Notes under the pieces: generated by a model | Databases searched by the model: none | Seen by the model: the letters and a program-made list of their open reading frames with translations, nothing else | What the model was told of the DNA's origin: nothing | Source: an uncultured Actinomycetota bacterium | Lineage (GTDB): Bacteria; Actinomycetota; Actinomycetes; CAVWCF01 | DNA: 64,000 nt | NCBI GenBank assembly: GCA_963697565.1 | Contig: CAVOOM010000008.1 | Location: 304,423-368,422, forward strand | Direction of reading: 5' to 3' | Program-made: the position numbers and the translations under genes | Shown: positions 1 through 9,125 of the stretch, in pieces | How the letters are laid out: the number at the start of each line of letters is the position of its first letter | How positions within the stretch are numbered: the first letter of the stretch is position 1

Positions 1-354
1 CCCGGCGTGGTGGTGCGCGACGGCGAGACGTACGTGGTGGTGCCGGCCTCGCAGGTGCTCCGTGTGGCGCTGCCGCAGTACGTGCTCGACGACCCGTCCC
101 TGGGGCGGGTCTGGGATGAGGCCTCCGCCGACGACCTGGTGGCCCGGCTCAAGGGCAAGCGCGTCTCCGACCTGGTGGCCGCCCTCGACCTCGACGACGA
201 CGTGCCCGAGCCCGCCGTCGATGGCGACGCCACGGTGGTCGAGATCGCCGCGGTGATGACGTCCGCGCACGTGCCGCTCGTCGCCGTCGTCGAAGCGGGC
301 CACTTCGTCGGCGTCGTCACCGTCAACGGCCTGGTCGGGCGCCTGCTGGCATGA
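1..354 (+). CDS. CBS domain-containing protein, C-terminal part (5' end outside window)
   Basis: The frame is open to the window edge (same frame as track ORF 7..354). The tail VVEIAAVMTSAHVPLVAVVEAGHFVGVVTVNGLVGRLLA looks like a terminal CBS repeat. The stop overlaps the next start (ATGA at 351-354). Confidence 0.55.
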   Translation, partial: PGVVVRDGETYVVVPASQVLRVALPQYVLDDPSLGRVWDEASADDLVARLKGKRVSDLVAALDLDDDVPEPAVDGDATVVEIAAVMTSAHVPLVAVVEAGHFVGVVTVNGLVGRLLA

Positions 355-1640
355 CCCTCGTCGCGTGGGTCACCGTCGCCATCTTCGTGGGGGTCTACGT
401 CCTCGTCGCGACCGAGCGGGTGCACCGGGTCGCGGCAGCGCTGGGCGGCTCGGCCCTGGTCCTGGGCTTCGGGATCGTCGGCTCGGAGGAGGCCTTCTAC
501 TCCCCGGAGACCGGGATCGACTGGGATGTCATCTTCCTGCTGCTCGGGATGATGCTGGTGGTCGGGGTCATCCGGCGCACCGGGGTCTTTGAGTACCTCG
601 CGATCCGCTCGGCGAAGGTCGCCCGGGGCCGGCCGTACGGCGTGCTGGTGCTGCTCGTGCTGGTCACCGCCGGGGCCTCGGCGCTGCTCGACAACGTGAC
701 GACGGTGCTGCTCGTGGCGCCGGTGACCCTGCTCGTTTGCGACCGGCTGGGCCTTCAGCCGATCCCGTTCCTGCTGGCCGAGGCGCTGGCCTCGAACATC
801 GGCGGCGCCTCGACGCTTGTCGGCGATCCGCCCAACATCATCATCGCCAGCCGGGCCGATCTGTCGTTCAACGACTTCCTCGTTCACATGCTGCCGATCG
901 TGCTCGTGATCCTCGCCGTGTTCCTGGTGATGGCCCGGTTCCTGTTCCGCCGCGCGCTGGTCGGCGACCCGGCCCGCGCCTCGGCGCTGATGGCGTTGGA
1001 CGAGCGCGAGGCGATCACCGACCGCCGCTTGCTCATCCGCAGCGCGGTCGTCCTCGCGGCGATCCTGCTGGGCTTTGTGCTCCAGCGGCAGACGGGCGTC
1101 GCGCCCTCGGTGGTCGCCCTCGTCGGCGCCGGAGTGCTGCTGCTGCTCTCACCGCTGCGCCCGCGCGATCTCGTCGACGACGTCGAGTGGGAGACCCTGC
1201 TGTTCTTCATCGGGCTCTTCATCCTCGTCGGGGCGCTGGTGGAGGTCGGCGCGCTGGACGCCCTGGCGGAGCGGTTGGTAGGGCTCACCGGCGCCGAGCT
1301 CGTCCCGACCCTGCTCGTGGTGCTCATCGGCTCCGCGGTGGTCTCGGCGGTGGTGGACAACATCCCGTACGTCACCGCCATGACGCCCGTGGTGGCCTCG
1401 CTGATCGCCACGAACCCGGAGCTGGGCAAGGATGGCGCGCTGTGGTGGGCCCTCGCGCTGGGGGCGGACCTCGGGGGCAACGCGACCCTCGTCGGCGCCA
1501 GCGCGAACGTGGTCATCGTCGGCATCGCCGCGCGCAACGGCCTGCACATCTCGTTCAAGACCTGGCTTCGCTACGGGGTGCCGACGGCCGTGATGTCCAT
1601 CGCGCTGTGCATCCCGTACGTCCTGCTGCGCTACGCCTGA
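351..1640 (+). CDS. ArsB/NhaD-superfamily (ion-transporter superfamily) permease
   Basis: 429-aa polytopic membrane ORF. The duplicated motifs GGASTLVGDPPNIIIA and GGNATLVGASANVVIV are typical of ArsB/NhaD/CitMHS-type permeases. It is translationally coupled to the CBS ORF. Confidence 0.75.
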   Translation: MTLVAWVTVAIFVGVYVLVATERVHRVAAALGGSALVLGFGIVGSEEAFYSPETGIDWDVIFLLLGMMLVVGVIRRTGVFEYLAIRSAKVARGRPYGVLVLLVLVTAGASALLDNVTTVLLVAPVTLLVCDRLGLQPIPFLLAEALASNIGGASTLVGDPPNIIIASRADLSFNDFLVHMLPIVLVILAVFLVMARFLFRRALVGDPARASALMALDEREAITDRRLLIRSAVVLAAILLGFVLQRQTGVAPSVVALVGAGVLLLLSPLRPRDLVDDVEWETLLFFIGLFILVGALVEVGALDALAERLVGLTGAELVPTLLVVLIGSAVVSAVVDNIPYVTAMTPVVASLIATNPELGKDGALWWALALGADLGGNATLVGASANVVIVGIAARNGLHISFKTWLRYGVPTAVMSIALCIPYVLLRYA

Positions 1641-1671
1641 CGGTTCGGGCAGTGCGCGGTACGGTCGCGCG

Positions 1672-2061
1672 ATGACCGGGATTGCGCGATTCAGCCTGAC
1701 CGCCCTCGACTGCCCCGACCCCCTTGAGCTGGCCGCCTTCTACTCGGCCATCACCGGGTGGCCGCTGGATGCGACCGAGGAGGAGATCGCAGCCCTGCCG
1801 CAGGTCAGGTGGGTGACGCTGCGCAGCGACGGCGGCGCGACGATCGCCTTCCAGCGGGTGCCCGACTACCGGCCTCCGGTGTGGCCGGGCAGCGAGGCGC
1901 CGCAGCAGCTCCACCTCGACTTCGATGTGCCCGACCTGGACGCCGCGGAGGCCCAGGTCTTGGCCCTCGGCGCGCGCAAGGCGGAGGTCCAGCCTGGCAA
2001 GGACTTCCGGGTCTTCTTGGACCCGGTCGGCCACCCCTTCTGCCTCGTGTTGGCGGAGTGA
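1672..2061 (+). CDS. VOC (glyoxalase/bleomycin-resistance fold) family protein
   Basis: 129 aa, with beta-alpha-beta-beta-beta-like segments ending in LHLDFDVPDLDAAEAQVLALGA...FLDPVGHPFCLV, as in VOC family proteins. Confidence 0.65.
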   Translation: MTGIARFSLTALDCPDPLELAAFYSAITGWPLDATEEEIAALPQVRWVTLRSDGGATIAFQRVPDYRPPVWPGSEAPQQLHLDFDVPDLDAAEAQVLALGARKAEVQPGKDFRVFLDPVGHPFCLVLAE

Positions 2062-2924
2062 CAGCCGCGCCGCGGTGGCTGCCGATCGCCGCGGCCGGCA
2101 CCACGGTGCTGCTGTGGGCCTCGGCGTTCGTCGGGATTCGCGCCGCTGGGGAGTCGCTGTCGCCAGGGCCGCTCGCGCTGGGCCGATTGCTGATCGGATC
2201 CCTCGTGCTCGGCGCGCTGGTGGCCGCCCGCCGCGAGACCTGGCCGAGCCGCCGCGACCTGCTCCCGATCGCCTTGTGCGGCCTGCTCTGGTTCGGCGGG
2301 TACAACGTCGCCCTCAACGCCGCCGAGCAGCGGGTCGACGCCGGGACGGCGGCGCTGCTCGTCAACATCGGCCCGATCCTGATCGCGATCCTGGCCGGCG
2401 TCTTCCTGCACGAGGGCTTCCCGCGCGGTCTCGTGGTCGGCAGCGCGGTGGCATTCTGCGGAGTCGCGATCATCACGATCCCGTCGATCGACCAGGCGAG
2501 CGCCGAGGTCTGGGGGCCGCTGCTCTGCGTCGTCGCCGCCGTGCTGTACGCCGCGGGCGTGGTGATCCAGAAGCCAGTGCTGGCCAGGGTCTCCGCCTTG
2601 CAGGTGACCTTCCTGGCGTGTGCCGTCGGCGCGCTGGCCTGCCTGCCGTTCGCCCCGCAACTGATCGATGAGGCCGGCCAGGCCGACCGATCGGCGATCG
2701 GCTGGCTGGTCTACCTCGGGATCTTCCCCACCGCCATCGCGTTCACCACCTGGGCGTACGCCTTGGCCCGCACGACGGCTGGCCGGCTCGGCGCGACCAC
2801 GTACCTCGTGCCCGCCACCTCGATCCTGCTGGCCTGGCTGATCCTGGACGAGGTGCCGCCGCTGCTCGCCTTCATCGGCGGCGCGATGTGCCTTGTCGGC
2901 GTCGCGATCACCCGGCGGCGCTAG
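2058..2924 (+). CDS. DMT-superfamily EamA-type transporter
   Basis: An in-frame GTG at 2058 overlaps the VOC stop (GTGA). Downstream sequence is hydrophobic with two EamA-like repeats (LLWASAFVGIRAAGE..., LVYLGIFPTAIAFTTWAYAL). The first 100 codons of track ORF 1758..2924 are Arg/Gly/Pro junk overlapping the VOC gene. Confidence 0.75.
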   Translation: MTAAPRWLPIAAAGTTVLLWASAFVGIRAAGESLSPGPLALGRLLIGSLVLGALVAARRETWPSRRDLLPIALCGLLWFGGYNVALNAAEQRVDAGTAALLVNIGPILIAILAGVFLHEGFPRGLVVGSAVAFCGVAIITIPSIDQASAEVWGPLLCVVAAVLYAAGVVIQKPVLARVSALQVTFLACAVGALACLPFAPQLIDEAGQADRSAIGWLVYLGIFPTAIAFTTWAYALARTTAGRLGATTYLVPATSILLAWLILDEVPPLLAFIGGAMCLVGVAITRRR

Positions 2925-2954
2925 CCGCCATCCCGGACGGCGGCGCTAGCCGCC
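2914..2954. repeat. 16-bp direct repeat GGCGGCGCTAGCCGCC x2 (2914-2929 and 2939-2954) spanning two convergent stop codons
   Basis: Read directly from the sequence. The palindromic GCTAGC core supplies TAG for the + gene (2922-2924) and TAG for the - gene (2946-2948). GCCGCC/GGCGGC can also pair as a 6-bp stem with a 9-nt loop, so it may act as a bidirectional terminator. Confidence 0.5.
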
Positions 2955-4184
2955 AGCCGAGGGCCCGGTCTCGACGGGCGGGCGCTCGCGGCCGAACCAC
3001 GCGCCGTAGCGCTCGGCGAGTGGACCACCGCTGAACCCGTGCGCGATCACGCTGAGCAGGACAGTGAGCAGGATCGTGCCGAGCACGACCCCGAGGTCGG
3101 GCGAGACGTCGCCCTCGGCCACGAGCTCCTCGATCGCCAGGAGGGCGAAGACCACGGAGGCGAGCCCGCGGGGTCCGAACCACCCGATGAACAGCACGGA
3201 CTGCGGCCGCAGCCCCGTGCCGAGCAGGCTGAGCCACACCGGGACCATCCGGAAGGCCGTCAGGGCGAGCAGCGCGAAGGCCCAGACGCGCACGTCGTCC
3301 AAGACCCCCAGCGACCGGGCGACGACCCCGCCCACGATGAACCACACCGCGAAGCCGGTGAGGTCGGAGGACGTCTCCAGGAAGTCCTCTGCCCCGTGGT
3401 CCCTCGCGAGCCAGGGGGCCGCGGCGGCGAAGGCCAGTCCCGCGACGAACGCGGCGATGAAGCCGTTCCCGGACGTCTCGCCGGCCAAGACGTACGCGAC
3501 GAGCGGCAGGGCGGCGAGCGCCACCCCGCGTGAGATCTCGGTGCTCCACTCGCGGGTGCGTGAGATCGAGACCAGCAACGCCCCGAGCCAGCCCACGGCG
3601 ATGCCCTCGCCGACCCCGATCAGGATCGACAGGAGCACGCGGTCGACGTCGGGGCCCTCGACCCCGGCATCGGCGGCCGCGATCGCGATCGCGATGAGCA
3701 CCACCGGCGTCGCCAGGCCGTCATTGAGGCCACTCTCGACGTTGAGCAGCCGGCGGACGCGCTCGGGCACGACCGGGTTCAGCACGGTCGGGGCGCCCAG
3801 GCCCGCGTCGGTGGGCGCCAGGGCGGCGGCCAGCAGCAGCGTGAGCCCCACGCCGAGCTCCGGGAAGAGCAGCTTGGCCCCGAGCCACCCCGCGCCGATG
3901 GTCAGGGGAAGGCCGACGAGGAGTAGCCGGGCCACGAGCCCCGCGTCCAGGCGGATGTCGGCCACCCGCACCTTCGACGCGTCGTGGAAGAGCAGCAGCA
4001 CCAAGGTGACCTCGGTGAGCACCTGCAGGGTCGATGGCTCAAGCCGGGTTACGTCGGTGCGGACGAGCACGAAGCCGGTGATCAGGAAGGCGAAGGGCGC
4101 GCTGATGAAGAGGCGGTTGGCCCGGCGGGTGACCAGCGTCCAGGCGATGACGACGGAGCCGAAGACGAGGAGGTCGGTCGCCAC
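2946..4184 (-). CDS. cation:proton antiporter (CPA1, Na+/H+ exchanger family)
   Basis: 412-aa polytopic ORF with family-typical segments: LLAAALAPTDAG, NVESGLNDGLATPVV, FIGWFGPRGLASVVFALLA. Confidence 0.8.
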   Translation of the reverse strand: MATDLLVFGSVVIAWTLVTRRANRLFISAPFAFLITGFVLVRTDVTRLEPSTLQVLTEVTLVLLLFHDASKVRVADIRLDAGLVARLLLVGLPLTIGAGWLGAKLLFPELGVGLTLLLAAALAPTDAGLGAPTVLNPVVPERVRRLLNVESGLNDGLATPVVLIAIAIAAADAGVEGPDVDRVLLSILIGVGEGIAVGWLGALLVSISRTREWSTEISRGVALAALPLVAYVLAGETSGNGFIAAFVAGLAFAAAAPWLARDHGAEDFLETSSDLTGFAVWFIVGGVVARSLGVLDDVRVWAFALLALTAFRMVPVWLSLLGTGLRPQSVLFIGWFGPRGLASVVFALLAIEELVAEGDVSPDLGVVLGTILLTVLLSVIAHGFSGGPLAERYGAWFGRERPPVETGPSAGG

Positions 4185-4214
4185 CCCATCACCGTAGTGG
4201 CGGTCGGGGCGGCC

Positions 4215-5532
4215 TCAGGCGTGAACGTGCGGCCCCCCGGCCATCCGGTCGGCCTCGTCGCGGCACCACAGCGCCAGCAGCCCCCGGTAGTGCTCGACGA
4301 ACTTCTCCTGCTCGTGCGCGGGGAACATGCCCCTCACCGTCTCGACGATGACGCGGTCGAGGTCGGGGCCGGAGAACCACTCCAGGGCGACCTCGTCGAA
4401 GTGGCGCAGCCGCGAGTCGCACCAGTCGAAGTAGCGGTCGACCTCGAAGTACGCGTCGGCGAGCTTGCGGTAGCGCGCCAACTTCTCGCCGTAGTCGAGG
4501 TCGTCGCGGTCGGCGATGGCGAAGTACGCCGCGGTATCGAGGTCGATCTGGTGCCTGCGGTCGGTGACCAGGGCGTAGGTCGTCCACTTGGCCAGCGCCT
4601 TCATCGCCCACGGGAAGTAGTAGTGCAGGGACGTGATCGCCACGTCAGGGCAGGCGTTGGCGTAGTCGATCGGGTAGACCTCGTCGCGCTCCCCGTCGGG
4701 GGTGAACTTCACGAGCATCTCGCAGGAGTTGAACTCCCAGCGGAAGAACGCGTTGACCACGCGGTTGATGGTCACGCACTCGTCCCCGGCCTGCGGGGTG
4801 AGGAAGCCGTGGTCCACGGCGTACCGGTTGTGCATCGGCTCGCTCCGGCTGGAAGCGCATGACCATCGTCTCCGGGCCGATCGACAGCGACCGGGCGAAC
4901 ACGTCGTGCGGCTTGCTCTGCTGCAGGTGCATCAGCATCTCGCCGGAGTCGTCGTAGGCGCGCAGCAGCGTGTCCGGCCCGTCGACCCGTGAGACGCCGC
5001 GCCAGCCTCCGCCGTCGAAGGGCTTCATGTAGAGCGGGTAGCCGAGGTCGGCGGCGATCGAGGGCAGGTCGAACGGCTGGTTGTAGCGCTCGGCGGTGTA
5101 GGCGTAGCGCGCGTTGTCGAGCGGGTGCTTGTAGGGCACGAGCACGGTCTCGGGGATCTTCAGGCCGAGGCGCATCATGGCGCAGTACGCCGAGTGCTTC
5201 TCCATCGACTGGAAGGTGAACGGGCTGTTGAGCAGGTAGACGTCGTCCATCATCGAGATCTTCTTCAGCCACTCGCGGGGCACGTAGTACCAGTAGGCGA
5301 GGCGGTCGATGACGAGCTCGTGCCGGGGCTTGTCGCGCAGCGAGAACGGCTCGATGGTGACCCGCTCGGTCTCGATCTGGTGCTGGACCCCGTGGCCGTC
5401 GGTGACCGGGCCCATGGCGCGCACCAACGACTCCAGGGCGACCGGCCAGTCGTTCTCGGTGCCGAGCAGCAGGCCGACCAGGTGGGAGCGGGTCGCGACG
5501 TCGAGGCCGGGCCGGCCTTGGGTTCCTTGCAT
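4215..5532 (-). pseudogene. ATP-grasp domain protein, one frameshift near 4836-4850 (or sequencing error)
   Basis: Protein-like sequence runs in ORF 4645..5532 up to ...GPETMVMRFQPER, then continues as MHNRYAVDHGFLTPQAGDECVTINRVVNAFF... in ORF 4215..4835. The remainder of each ORF in its own frame is Arg/Pro junk. ATP-grasp-like core: GYPLYMKPFDGGGWRGVSRV. Confidence 0.7.
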
Positions 5533-5557
5533 GCGAGTGCCTCCGGATCAGAGCCGA

Positions 5558-6304
5558 TCAGCCGAGTGAGCCGAGGTGGAGCGAGGCCATCCGGGCCCAG
5601 GACGGCCAGTCGTGCGGCGTGTCCTCACCCCAGATATCGAGCCCGTGGTGGATGCCCTTGGCCCCGAGGAGCGCGGCCAGGCCGCACGTCGACGGCAGCG
5701 CCTGCGTCGGGTGCTCCTCGTACGCGCCGCGGCCGACGGCCAGCTGGATGAAGACGGTGCGGCGCAACCAGTCGAGGTGGTCGCCGTGCATGTGCTGGAG
5801 GTAGGCGAAGGGGTTGTTGAAGTAGACGGCGTCGCCCTGCTCGCCCCAGCCGTTCCACGTCGTCGGGTCGTAGTTGCCGCTCATCCCCACCGCGTGCGGG
5901 AAGAGGTCGGCGCGGCGCAGCGACACGTTGACGGCGTGAAACGCCCCGAGGCTGGGACCGGCGGTGGCGATGCCGACCCGCCCGCCGCAATCGCCGTGGA
6001 TCGCCGGGGCCACCTGGTCGGTGATCCACGCGTGGTAGCCCTCATGCCGGCGGGCGCGCTCTTCCAGCGGGATCGAGTGGTCCGACCAGGTGTGGGTGTC
6101 GTGGGAGTCGACGGCGTACACCTTGATCCGGCCGGCCTCGATCGGGCCCGCCAGCGCGTGGATGATCCCGTGCTCCTCCAGGTCGATCGCGCTGCCGCCC
6201 TCGGCGGGGAAGAACAGCACCGGAACGCCCCAGTGCCCGTACGCGATCACCCGCCCCTCGCCGCCCAGGCTGGGCGCGGGCACCGTCCAGAAGTCCCTGC
6301 GCAT
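5558..6304 (-). CDS. esterase family protein (alpha/beta hydrolase, putative-esterase type)
   Basis: 248 aa with a nucleophile-elbow-like AGPSLGAFHA. Overall similarity to esterase-D/Fes-type 'putative esterase' proteins is recalled from memory. Confidence 0.6.
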   Translation of the reverse strand: MRRDFWTVPAPSLGGEGRVIAYGHWGVPVLFFPAEGGSAIDLEEHGIIHALAGPIEAGRIKVYAVDSHDTHTWSDHSIPLEERARRHEGYHAWITDQVAPAIHGDCGGRVGIATAGPSLGAFHAVNVSLRRADLFPHAVGMSGNYDPTTWNGWGEQGDAVYFNNPFAYLQHMHGDHLDWLRRTVFIQLAVGRGAYEEHPTQALPSTCGLAALLGAKGIHHGLDIWGEDTPHDWPSWARMASLHLGSLG

Positions 6305-6328
6305 GGCTCGGAGTGTGCCGGGTACGCC

Positions 6329-7438
6329 CTACCCGCCGAGGCGGATTCCCCAGACCCGGGCGAGCAGATCGCCGAGCGCGGGATCGAGCAGGTCGCGCCA
6401 GGCGGTGTAGTTGTGGCCGTCGCGCCCCTCGGTGAGCGTGCTGTCGACGCCGCGCTTGCGCAGCCGCGCGTCGAGGGCGCGGTTGTTGTCGAGGTTCTCC
6501 TCGCCGAGCCCGCTCGTCTGCGCGATGCGCAGGCCGGCCAGCCGCGCCGGCTCCGAGTCGAGGCGATCGACGAAGTCGACGACCCGGCGGTAGAAGGAGA
6601 AGCGCTGCTCATGGGCGTCGAAACGCGGCAGGAAGAACGACCCGGACTGGGCGAAGACGCCGCCGAAGGCGCCGGGGTAGGTCACGGCCGCGTGCAGCAA
6701 GGCCAGCGCGCCGAGGCTCGCCCCGACGCCGACGATCGGCCCCTCGGTGGGCGCGAGGGCGCGGGCCGCGGGGATCGCCTGCTCGACGAGCGCGCGGGCG
6801 TACGCGGGGGAGGCCGAGTACGAGCGGTCGCGCTCGATCGGCTGCAGCAGCAGCGCCCGGCAGCGCAGGGCGGGATCCCGGTCGGCCAGGAGCGCGAGGT
6901 AGTCGGGGAGCCGGGCCAGCCGCTCGTACTCGGGGCCGTCGTGGACGACGAGCAGCGGAAGCGGCTCGCCCTCGGAGCCGGCCGGGCTGCAGAGCTCCCC
7001 GGCGACCTCGATGCCGGCGCCGGAGTCCTCGACCCGGAGCGGCTGCCTCGTCCAGGGCCGCCCGCCCGCCTCGGCGAGCCACCCAGGCGCGGCGTAGCCC
7101 GGGAACTCAAGCAGCGAGTGCTCGCCGAAGACGCCGGCGGCGCGGTGCGGGTTGGCCGGGTCGGGGACCATCCCCGTGGCGCCGTCGTCGGCGAGCACGA
7201 CCAGGAGGTACTCCATCCGGTCGACCGGCGGGCGTGGGATCTGCGCCACCCACTGCCCGGCGCGCGGCCGGAACCCGGTGTCGGCCCCGAAGTCCCGCAG
7301 GTGGAACCACACGCTGAGCGGCCGGACGCCGGGGGCGGCCTCGACCACGAACGTCACCGCCCCGGTCTCGGGGTCGACGTGCGGGCCAGCCGGGAGCGGG
7401 CCGGACCCCTCGTCGTTCACCCCACCATCGTGTCCCAC
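6329..7438 (-). CDS. esterase family protein with N-terminal enterochelin-esterase-N-like domain
   Basis: 369 aa. The N-terminal ~130 aa look like a beta-sandwich domain. The C-terminal hydrolase part has LLVVHDGPEY and a GASLGALALLHAA elbow. Confidence 0.6.
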   Translation of the reverse strand: MGHDGGVNDEGSGPLPAGPHVDPETGAVTFVVEAAPGVRPLSVWFHLRDFGADTGFRPRAGQWVAQIPRPPVDRMEYLLVVLADDGATGMVPDPANPHRAAGVFGEHSLLEFPGYAAPGWLAEAGGRPWTRQPLRVEDSGAGIEVAGELCSPAGSEGEPLPLLVVHDGPEYERLARLPDYLALLADRDPALRCRALLLQPIERDRSYSASPAYARALVEQAIPAARALAPTEGPIVGVGASLGALALLHAAVTYPGAFGGVFAQSGSFFLPRFDAHEQRFSFYRRVVDFVDRLDSEPARLAGLRIAQTSGLGEENLDNNRALDARLRKRGVDSTLTEGRDGHNYTAWRDLLDPALGDLLARVWGIRLGG

Positions 7439-7510
7439 CGCGGTCGCACGCGAACGGCCGCCCCGATCCCTGGGGCGGCCGTCGCTGGTGCGCGAGGTGC
7501 GGTCTGCGGG

Positions 7511-8051
7511 TCAGATGAAGAGCAGCTGGGCGCCGTTGGTGAGCTCGATGAACTCGCTGGCGTTGATGATGCCCTCGACGTCGTCGCGCAGGTCGGTCTC
7601 GTCGACCTTGTTCATGTCGGCGGACATCCGGCAGGCCCAGAGGTGGCCGCCGGCGGCGACGATCTGGTCCAGGAAGTCCGGGACCTCGGGCACGCCGAGG
7701 TCGGCGATCTGGTCCTTGAGCATCTTGGTGGCCATCGGCTGCACCCCCGGCAGCGGGGCGAGCGCCTGCGGCATCCGCATGCCGCCCATCGGCAGGTGCA
7801 TCGCCGTGTTGCCGGCCGGGCTGAACTTCAGGTCGTGCATCCGGGACTTGATGATCATGTCGAAGCCCCAGAACGTGAAGAACAGGTGCGTCTCGACGCC
7901 CTCGCCCAGGGCGGCGTTGCCGAGGATCAGGCCCGGGTAGGCCATGTCCAGGTTGCCCTTGGAGCAGATGATGGCGAGCTTGCGGCCCTCTTCGTCCTCG
8001 TCGTCGAAGTTCGGGACGATCGCCGGGGCGGTGGTCGGTGTCGCTGGTCAT
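7511..8051 (-). pseudogene. DsrE/DsrF/DrsH-like sulfur-relay family protein, frameshift about 15 nt after the start (or sequencing error)
   Basis: ATG at 8051 lies 12 nt after the dsrC-like stop and has a GAAGGA RBS. The conserved N-terminus APAIVPNFDDEDEEGRKLAIICSKGNLDMAYPGLILGNAALGEG is readable only after a 1-nt shift near 8036. Track ORF 7511..7945 starts inside the domain. Confidence 0.7.
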
Positions 8052-8063
8052 GTCAGTTCCTTC

Positions 8064-8378
8064 TCACACGCAGCCGTGCGGCTTGGGGAGTCCGGCGATG
8101 TAGGACATCTTCTTGGCCGGCTTCTTGGGGAAGAGCGTGAACTGGTCCTTGGTCGAGATGCCGCCCACGGACTGCACCCGGCGGGTGGTCGCGGTCTCGC
8201 CCTGGGTCTTGAAGTCCTCGCGCAGGAAGCGGATGACCTTCCAGTGGTCCTCGGTCATCTCGATGCCGATGTTGGCGGCGAGCACCTTGGCGAGGTCCTC
8301 GTCCCACTCGTCGTACTCGGTGAGGAAGCCCTCGTCGTTGACGTGGACCTCGCGTCCGTTCATGGTCGTGACGGGCAT
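8064..8378 (-). CDS. TusE/DsrC/DsvC family sulfur relay protein
   Basis: 104 aa: MPVTTMNGREVHVNDEGFLTEYDEWDEDLAKVLA...TRRVQSVGGISTKDQFTLFPKKPAKKMSYIAGLPKPHGCV. It has the family-typical C-terminal arm with a penultimate Cys but no second arm Cys, so it is TusE-like. An AGGAAGGA RBS lies upstream. This is the 3' part of the chimeric track ORF 8064..10361. Confidence 0.85.
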   Translation of the reverse strand: MPVTTMNGREVHVNDEGFLTEYDEWDEDLAKVLAANIGIEMTEDHWKVIRFLREDFKTQGETATTRRVQSVGGISTKDQFTLFPKKPAKKMSYIAGLPKPHGCV

Positions 8379-9125
8379 TTCAGTGCGTTCCTTCCTGGGG
8401 TGGGGTGGCGGGGGAGCCCTCGGGTGGGGTGGGGTGCTGGGCGGGGTGGTGGGGAGGCTTGGCCGAGTGTGCGGAGCACGGCCATCAGCCGGCCGAGGCC
8501 GCGGCGGACCTCTGGGTCTCGGAACTGGCGCAGCAGGGCCAGCGTGGAGGGGGGCGCGAGCGGCTCGTCCATGTGCTGGGCCGTGAGCGCGGTCCGCTGC
8601 AGCATGGTCATCACCTCGGGCTGGGTCATCTCCTTGAGCGTGTTGAGGATGAGCACGACGTTGTCGCCGAGGGCGGCCACGTCGTCCTCGCCGAAGGAGG
8701 TGACCACGCGGTCGGCGATGGCGAATCCGCCGCGCGCGAAGGTGAAGTAGCCGCGCTGCTCGGCCTCGGCCAGCGTGTCGGAGAGCGTGGCCATGCCAGC
8801 GCCGCTCAACGAGGTGACCTCGGCGAGCAGCTCGGAGATGCTGCCCAGCTGGGCGAGCGTGGTCTCCAGCTGGGGGACGGCCCGGGCCGCGGTGCGCGCG
8901 AAGCGGGTGAAGTCCTCGATCGGACACGTCCTCGCTGAGCTCCTGCAGCTCGCGGCTGGCGAGGTCCATCGCGTCGCGCGTGACGGGCGCCAGCTCGTGG
9001 GTGAGCTCGGCCCACTGCTCGCGGGCCTCGCGCTGCCGGCGCAGCTCGTCGGCGATGGCGTCGACCTGGTCGGAGAGCCGGTCGAGCCGGTCCTCCAGGG
9101 TCGGGGTGGGCAGGACGGCGGTCAT
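8360..9125 (-). pseudogene. DUF1641 domain-containing protein, frameshift near 8920-8932; 3' end uncertain
   Basis: The ATG at 9125 overlaps the upstream stop (ATGA). The N-terminus MTAVLPTPTLEDRLDRLSDQVDAIADELRRQ...ELSEDV continues in another frame as IEDFTRFARTAARAVPQLETTLAQLGSISELLAEVTSLSGAGMATLSDTLAEAEQRGYFTFARGG... The Pro-rich tail overlaps the dsrC-like start by 19 nt. An alternative frame would end 1 nt before that start. Confidence 0.6.
8397..8454 (+). other. dense G-tract cluster (9 runs of G3-5 in 58 nt); G-quadruplex-capable on the + strand and C-rich on the operon mRNA
   Basis: Read directly: GGGGTGGGGTGGCGGGGGAGCCCTCGGGTGGGGTGGGGTGCTGGGCGGGGTGGTGGGG. It sits immediately upstream of the dsrC-like RBS and start. 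Confidence 0.5.

Noticed and set aside
351-1640. ArsB-like permease as part of an arsenic resistance operon.
   Set aside because: No ArsR, ArsC or ArsA is adjacent. The partner is a CBS-domain protein, and the motifs fit the broader ArsB/NhaD/CitMHS superfamily, so arsenite specificity is not supported.
5576-8140. 854-aa ORF on the + strand.
   Set aside because: It is antisense to the two esterase genes and the dsrE-like gene. Its composition is dominated by R/G/P/A/V/D with no recognisable motif. This is a typical high-G+C shadow ORF.
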